NCBI GenBank assembly: GCA_040954595.2 | Contig: CM082588.2 | Coordinates: 2,454,144-2,518,143 of the forward strand | Length of the DNA stretch: 64,000 nucleotides | Reading direction: 5' to 3' | Origin: Balanoglossus misakiensis | Taxonomy: Eukaryota > Animalia > Hemichordata | Shown here: piece after piece, positions 57,337 through 64,000 of the stretch | Layout of the letters: each line of letters starts with the position of its first letter | Position numbering within the stretch: position 1 is the stretch's first letter | Position numbers and translations under genes: made by a program | The notes under the pieces: generated by a model | Seen by the model: only the letters and a program-made list of their open reading frames with translations | The model's database searches: none | What the model was told of the DNA's origin: nothing

Positions 57337-58154
57337 TCAATATAATTCGATACGTGTTTTGTTACACATTTTTCATGTTTTTCCTAAGGCATAAGACTAC
57401 TCACCAGTCAATATCACGCCTCTCTATCTCCTATTTGTGGTTCTGGCCAGTAAGTTAAACTACCTTGTGCTGTCGAGTTCTGTCTGCATAGAACCAGTAC
57501 ACGTGAAGAACTTATATTAAGGACAGATAACCTGTTTACTTAGATGGACAGCCAATGGGAAATATTAATAAAATACTAAGTCGTTACTGAAAATGACAAT
57601 TTTTAATCATTACAGGATAATGTAAACTGATTAGGAAATTTGGCGAGCCGTTGAGTTTGGGTAAAGCAATGGTTCGGTTGATAGAACTTTAGGAATGTGG
57701 CGTGTCGCTAATTAGGCCTGCACCTCGATGACTACCCTCACCAATTTCGCACCAACTGGTACAGTGGTACGACAAATCTCTTTGTTTAAAAATCGTAACT
57801 CTTTATATCTTTTCTACATGTTGTTGCGGGTATCATAGAACGTACTCGTTTCTATGGCACGTTCAAAAGCTAGGGATCGGCCATACCTCAAATATGAACT
57901 ACATGTACCTGCAAACATTCGTAAGTGCAAATATCAAAAGGGCGGACTTGGTTTACTTAATGTCAGAAAATTCACAATAAATGTGTAATCGAACACACAT
58001 GCTCGTTGTGTTGTTGATTTCACACGGATGTACTATGTCCATTTCATACTTGCGGGTACGTCGATGCAATTTGTCGCCCGATGGGTGATTTGTGCAGGTT
58101 CGTAAATTTGTCTGATAGTCTGGATCAGAGAGGAAATGGTGAAACGTCTCTCAT

Positions 58155-61100
58155 TCACCATTTTGATTTCTTAAAAGTTAAAGTTCCCGGAGAGTCATCG
58201 CAGGGTCGCTTTGGTGACCGTTGTGGTGAGAAGATTCTGCTTCTCTGTAACTGGGAGCCCAAATCACTTATCGGTGACTCTTGCACATCTGGCATTTGAG
58301 TTGTCTCTGACCTTTTCCCAGTGTCAGTTCCTCTAGTTGAGGTCAAAGTTGAGAGGTCGCTCTCAGACTCTGAGAAGCTATCTTCAGAGGAATTATCACA
58401 GTCATCATCCATGACCATCACGTGTTGCAATTCTGGCGACTCTAGCATCTGTTTAGAGGCAGCTTCACCTTTGCTGTCTGTTTCGCTGGGAAACAGGGAT
58501 CTTGTGAATGACTTGGCCACCTGAGTGTGTTTCTGAAGCTGTACTTGTCTTTGATTGGATGCCTGTGGCTTTCCAACTTCTGTTGCCACTGTCTCATTGG
58601 TTGAGGAGTTGTCAGTTGGTAGTTTCGCCTTTCCAGTACCTGCAGCCTCAAGGAGCATTTGCTTCTCACACTCAAATACCTGTGAAACAAAGCTCTCATC
58701 ATCCCATGAGTCATCCCCCCAGTCTTGCATTTCTTCTGCATCTTCACCTTTGACCAGCTCTCGATCTTTGAACAGTTCAGACCTCATCATCACTGAACTG
58801 GATGAACCTTCGACTTGTGTTTGACATGGTGAAGAAATTGACTTGAGTTGTGTGTAACCCTGTTCACCATTACAACTTGCATTCAACCCCCAGTTCTGAG
58901 TGAAAGGTAACTGAATACTTTGCAAATTTTGACCCTGGGTTGCCTGCGAACTTTGACCACCAGATCCGACCTGGCCTCCTTGTTTCAATGCTTTATTAAG
59001 GAGTTCACGGAGTCTGGTGTTTCTCTGGTGAGGTTTCTTTGCAATAGCTCTGCCCAGTTGCTGGGGAGAACTGACGATGTACACCTGGTTTTTGCCTCTG
59101 GTCACGGCCGTGTAGACATGCTGCCAGTTTTGAATGCCTGAACTTCCCACCACATAGATGACACTTTCCGATTCAGAACCCTGAAATAAATTACCAACAA
59201 TGTAAATATTGTGCAAGTGTTATCATGAAGTCAACAGACAGGTTCCACATTAGACAGATTTCAAACTTTCTTACCTGGTATGTGTGTATGGTTCTCGCCC
59301 ATGAATGCTTCACTTTACATTTCCGCCGTACCTCTCGAAAATCGACATGCAACATTCGGTCGCCTTCCTTCAGCATTACCTCCACTGTCTTCTTTCTTCC
59401 ATCAATTTTCTCCATCCACTATTAATTAAAAGAATAAAGGGTTAAACCTGGAATGAATGACATTGTGTACCTCAGTCCAATCTATAGATATACAACTGTA
59501 CTCACATCCTTGATGAAGAATATCTCTCCATTGCACAGTCTGACGTCTTTTTTTGTTATCATGTCATAAACGTCTGCATTCCGTGACATGCAGATCTTAT
59601 CACCAGGGCGGAAATCAAGTTTCTTTTTCGTATTTCTTGTTGTGTGGGCTGAGTAGAACTTGCAACATAACTCATTAATTCTTGCACAATCTTTCCTGAA
59701 AGATAAACATAAATTAGTTCATTTATTTGTACTGACACAGTGAAACTGATTCAACTTGAAATCAATTCTGCAGTCTATACATGAAAGTAAAACAACAGTA
59801 CATACACAAAAATTATAACCCTGAAATTTTCACAGTAAATAGTTTGAATACATACCTTCTGAATGCTATGAACTGCGACCTTTCATGATCTTGAATACTT
59901 GGGTCATCCTTACCAAGTAAACTTCTAATAGCACCATCAATTTCTGTAGGAAAATATTTTTTTTTATTATTTGTGGAATACTTTGAGGGTTGTCAAAGCA
60001 ACATGGATATAACAAGGCATGTTTTTTTCAGTAAGTCATGGTACCACACTATTCCACAGAGAAAAACACTTGCCAAATGATTCTTCCTCCTGTTGAGTTT
60101 CTGACAGGAAAGTTGTATCATTCAGCGTTTCATCCATTTGACTGCTCCTGATTCTCACATCGTGAAATCCATGGTCGGGGTCAAACTGAGGCTCTTCCTG
60201 CATTGAGATCCTTGTAGCGTTTTCAACTATGGCAGTCGATTCGGCTCTGTGATTGGTCAGGAGAGAGACACTCCAGCCAATGGCGGAGTAGGATCTATAG
60301 AGATCAGACAGGAAGTTGCCAGGTTGGATAGACGGCAACTGGTTGATGTCGCCGAGGAACACCACTTTGCAAAGTTTGGATTCCCTCATGAGAATGTCTA
60401 GTACAGTAGAGAACACCTGTATGGAGACCATACTACATTCATCGACAATCAATGCATGTACAACTTTAAATTTCCACTCCTCAGGCTGATCAGAGGCTGA
60501 ACCTTTAGACTCACTGGATGCCTTGTTCTTCGCTCGAATGTAACCGAAAAAGCTATACATGACTTGGTGCAAGGTATAGGCCGGTAAGTGAGAACGTCTT
60601 CCGAGAAGATGTGCCGCTTTACCGGTCGGCGCGGTAAGAAGGATGTATGGATCTTTCAGGATTGTCTTTTCCTTCTTATCCGATTCCAACTGGTCTTTTC
60701 CCTCATCTTCCTCTGTATTCTCTTCTTTTGCTTTCTCCTCTTCCGAGGGCAGAAATTTCCTAGCTGCTGCTTCAAACACTCTGCTGACAACATGTGTCTT
60801 ACCGCAACCTCCTTTACCAGACATCACTGTGACTGGATTCTCGCAGATCATTCTGGCCGCTCGCTGCTGTATCTTATCGCTCTGAAAGTCTTCGTGCCCC
60901 CTCCAGTCAAAATCGATCTCCCACTGACTCCGAGACTGAAGTTCAATCAGATTATCGGTGATCAATTGTTCGTACTTCCAATACTTCCGCAAGTACCGCC
61001 TGTTCTTTTCTCGAACAATGATGTAATTCTCTTCCAGGAATTTGTATGCCTTTTCCCAGTGTCGGACCCTGTAATCAGACGGGAATGCACGACTCTTCTT

Positions 61101-62432
61101 CATGGAATTCTCGTACAGGAATGTATGCCCAAAACTTTGGCTGTCCTTTTTCATGACATGATAGATGTACAGAGCATCTTGTATGTGGGGCGGTATCTTC
61201 TGAAAGAGACTGCAATGGTGAAATGAATCTACATATGCCTCACATCCAACCAGATTGTAATCCCATCCAAGGATCTGAAGACAAAACAGAGCAGACATGT
61301 TTCAATAATAACATCTAAAACACAAAAATAAATCAAAAGATTACACCTGATTTATACAAGCAGTGTTACTTTTATTACTTTACTTACCGGTCCAAATCCA
61401 AAAACCCATGGTTTTCCTACAACATCTTCCTCTAGTTTCTGCAAATTATCATCATCTTGTTTGGTAAGGATGCCACCAGCATGATTTGGCAACAAACTGG
61501 GCAAGTATTTTATGAGGTTGGGGAATTTCAGGGCTCTCACAAGGTACATTCCTTCTTCTGTCAAGAAATAAATACAACAGAAAAATCATTGAACTTTTGG
61601 GTTAAGATTGAGAAATCACACTCCCACACTTCTGCCCAGGAAAGAGGATAAGAACTCGTTAGCCTTGATCCATGGATCTGTGGGACAGCGGAGTACAGCG
61701 CAGAATGAGTGAAGAGGAGCTATGGGTTGTTGTTTTACCTGTTCCATGTAGTTTACGTGCAATCATCTCAGCAATTGGTTTATATTCGGGCTTGATATTC
61801 CCAAACCATCTAACCACATCTTCCAATTCTTCAAAATTTAACTTCTTTCCATGCTGGGACACGGTGTCGATAAATGTCTGCACGTGGACATGTTCAATCA
61901 TAAGTGCGTTGACAAGGAACAGTGACACTGTACTGACTGGAGGATTCTGGCACAGTCTGTAGAGTGGATACTTGACCATGAACTTTGGCGATTGTTTACG
62001 TACTTTTATTTCTGCTTCCCACCATGGATCACAGAGCAGAAATTTACCTTGAACAGGAACTTTCTTGTCACTTCCAAATGGTATTATGAATACTGAAAAG
62101 TAAATAGAAAACATGGTACAGTAACCAGCAATGACCTTTTTGATTGTTGTGAGTTTATCTCAATGACTAGTACATGTACTAGTATTTGAATACGGCAAAG
62201 CACGTGTACCTTCTTTCTGAGAAACGTTCCGAGCCTCGGCCAAATGCGCTCCGCTAGCCACGTCGTTCATTTCGCTGCTGTCTAACCATTGGGGTTCTTG
62301 GTCGTCGTCTTCCTCCTCATCATCATCGTCGTCATCATCGGCAGCATTATCATCGCCCCTTTTCTTGGGTATTCGCGTCAAGACTCCGGTTATAATTTTG
62401 AAGTTGTCCCTTCGTTTCACAATACCCGCCAT
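58155..62432 (-). CDS. HELB: DNA helicase B (SF1B, RecD2-like), multi-exon
   Basis: Acidic N-terminus (DDDEEEDDDQEPQWLD), DPWWE, Walker A GKGGCGKT, APTGKAA, VDECSMV, GDINQLPSIQPG, NHRAES, HSWARTIHTYQ|GSE, HVYTAVTRGK. Confidence 0.92.
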
Positions 62433-62471
62433 GCTTGAAATGAAATGAAACAGTACCGAAAACGAGGCTAC

Positions 62472-62519
62472 GGGAATTCCCTGCAGCTGACGATGACGTC
62501 ATGTGAAACAGCGCCCTCT
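62472..62519. promoter_or_regulatory. HELB proximal promoter motifs: GGGAATTCCC palindrome, full CRE TGACGTCA, CTCF-like CAGCGCCCTCT
   Basis: Motifs at 62472-62481, 62494-62501 and about 62509-62519, 40-90 nt upstream of the HELB ATG. Function is inferred only. Confidence 0.45.
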
Positions 62520-63455
62520 TCGTCTAGCATTGAAGTTCCCTTGGCCTAGACCCTTGTCGGATTTCGTACGTATTATAAAAGGGAAATATTAATAACAGCC
62601 CAGCTGTTTTTTAAATATGTGCTAGCTTTGGTTTCAGTTATTCAGGAAAAATGATTTTCGTCTTTAAAATTCTTTCTGCTCAAGAAGGGCTAATTTAAGA
62701 CATTGTGTACAAACAACATGACAAAATTTGATGCAAATGTCAATTTATTTCATATATTCAAATATACTCACAAAAATATACAAACAATTGTTGGTGATCA
62801 TTTCTCAGGAAAAACATACCAAATTTTCAGTCAAATTTACAAAATGGTACTTACAACAAAGTATACATAAATAAAAGAAAATTTGTAGAAAATATTTTTT
62901 ACAGAATCTAGTATGGACAATATAAAAGGTAGCATTCAAAATCTTGCATAATACAGATTTAAAATTCAGATATCTTGGAGACAAATGGACAGTACTGTCT
63001 TTAATGCTTGCAGTCTGTTGTGTGTACTGTAGCACCAGAATCAAAATATCTTAGGGTACCTGGTGTGGAAGGTGGCACCTGTTAGTACTGGATATTGGAG
63101 ATATCAAATTTGTCTGTCCTGGTTATTGTCTTTGATATGAAATAAATACACACAGGTTTACTTGTGGTTGGCAGTTAATGGAAAGTCAGCGATCACATGC
63201 AATGTAGAGTTCGTGCTTTATTATTGCTTCTTGAATTTTTCAATGTTGGTAAAATAACGTCATGTATTGTCTCTCACACATGGTGCAAAACACAGTAAAA
63301 CCTGAGATCAGACCGACTTCTGTTGAAATGTTAAGGCAAGTGTTATTTTATATTTTAGGTGTCAGTTTTAAATAGTCTTTAATATATTTGTATAATTGCA
63401 GCATGTGAGTATCAGAAGGGTGACATGTGGGTGTCATGGGGGTGTCATGTGGACA

Positions 63456-63916
63456 TCATGTGAGTCCAAATCCTTTTCCATTTTCTATGGCAGTTAGAAG
63501 TCTTTCCCGGAGTTTTTCTCTTGTGGCATAGGAGGGAAGCAGGAGTCTGTTGAAGCACGTCATGGCAGTTGGCAAGCGATCGGAGTCCGGTCCATTTCTC
63601 TGGATGACAACCGGCAAGCTGGATAAGCCTTTCAGTGGTACCTGGAAAAATTCACAGAAAAATAGTTTTTTTTTATTTCTCTTGAATTTGTATGTATGTA
63701 TGTGTGTGTGTGTATGAAGTACAATGATGCACGAGTATGATTAAGATGTGCTTCTTGTCTCAGTTAATCTATGTCAGTATGTGTGAGTATGTAAATGGAT
63801 ATACGCTACAACTACTTACCCGGTCACTTCCAGTTATAAAGTTAAGAAGTTTCTTCTTCTGGTCTTCATTCAATGTGTGAATGATGGACCAGAATGCTGT
63901 GATGGTTGGGTGTTTC
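63456..63916 (-). CDS. HECT E3 ubiquitin ligase, last two exons (63820-63916, 63456-63641); UBE3A/HERC-like, continues beyond the window
   Basis: FWSIIHTLNEDQKKKLLNFITGSDR|VPLKGLSSLPVVIQRNGPDSDRLPTAMTCFNRLLLPSYATREKLRERLLTAIENGKGFGLT*, a HECT C-lobe with the catalytic Cys. Confidence 0.9.
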
Positions 63917-64000
63917 CTGTGAAGCGAAGTGAAAAGTTCTAGTTGGCATATTGGTTCAAGTTTAGGTGCATTAAAACTTAGACACACCCTCATCATGGGA

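Overview
Gene-dense, intron-containing animal DNA with short GT-AG introns and CpG-rich promoters, most likely a marine invertebrate bilaterian (the taxon cannot be fixed from the sequence). It is not prokaryotic. Conserved genes in order: ARID1/osa exon 1 (-), a plant-type FAAH amidase (+), trifunctional GART (-), a fungal-type Bmt2-like methyltransferase (-), MYCBP (-, with a U12 intron), ATM (+, 19804-53352), HELB (-) and the 3' end of a HECT E3 ligase (-). The standout feature is a secreted-protein cluster in and beside ATM. Two enlarged ATM introns (13.7 kb and 2.1 kb) hold seven antisense nested genes: two paralogous orphan prepropeptide-like genes sharing Q-x(1-2)-YPxW and K[IV]WPA[VL]P motifs, and five C1q-domain genes. 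A convergent pair of C1q-collagen genes with acidic pro-regions and Ser/Lys-rich, silaffin-like segments follows ATM. Several nested genes share a positionally conserved GCCACGT element. GART carries an intronic stop plus poly(A) signal predicting a monofunctional GARS isoform. Gene identities come from recognised motifs, not database searches.
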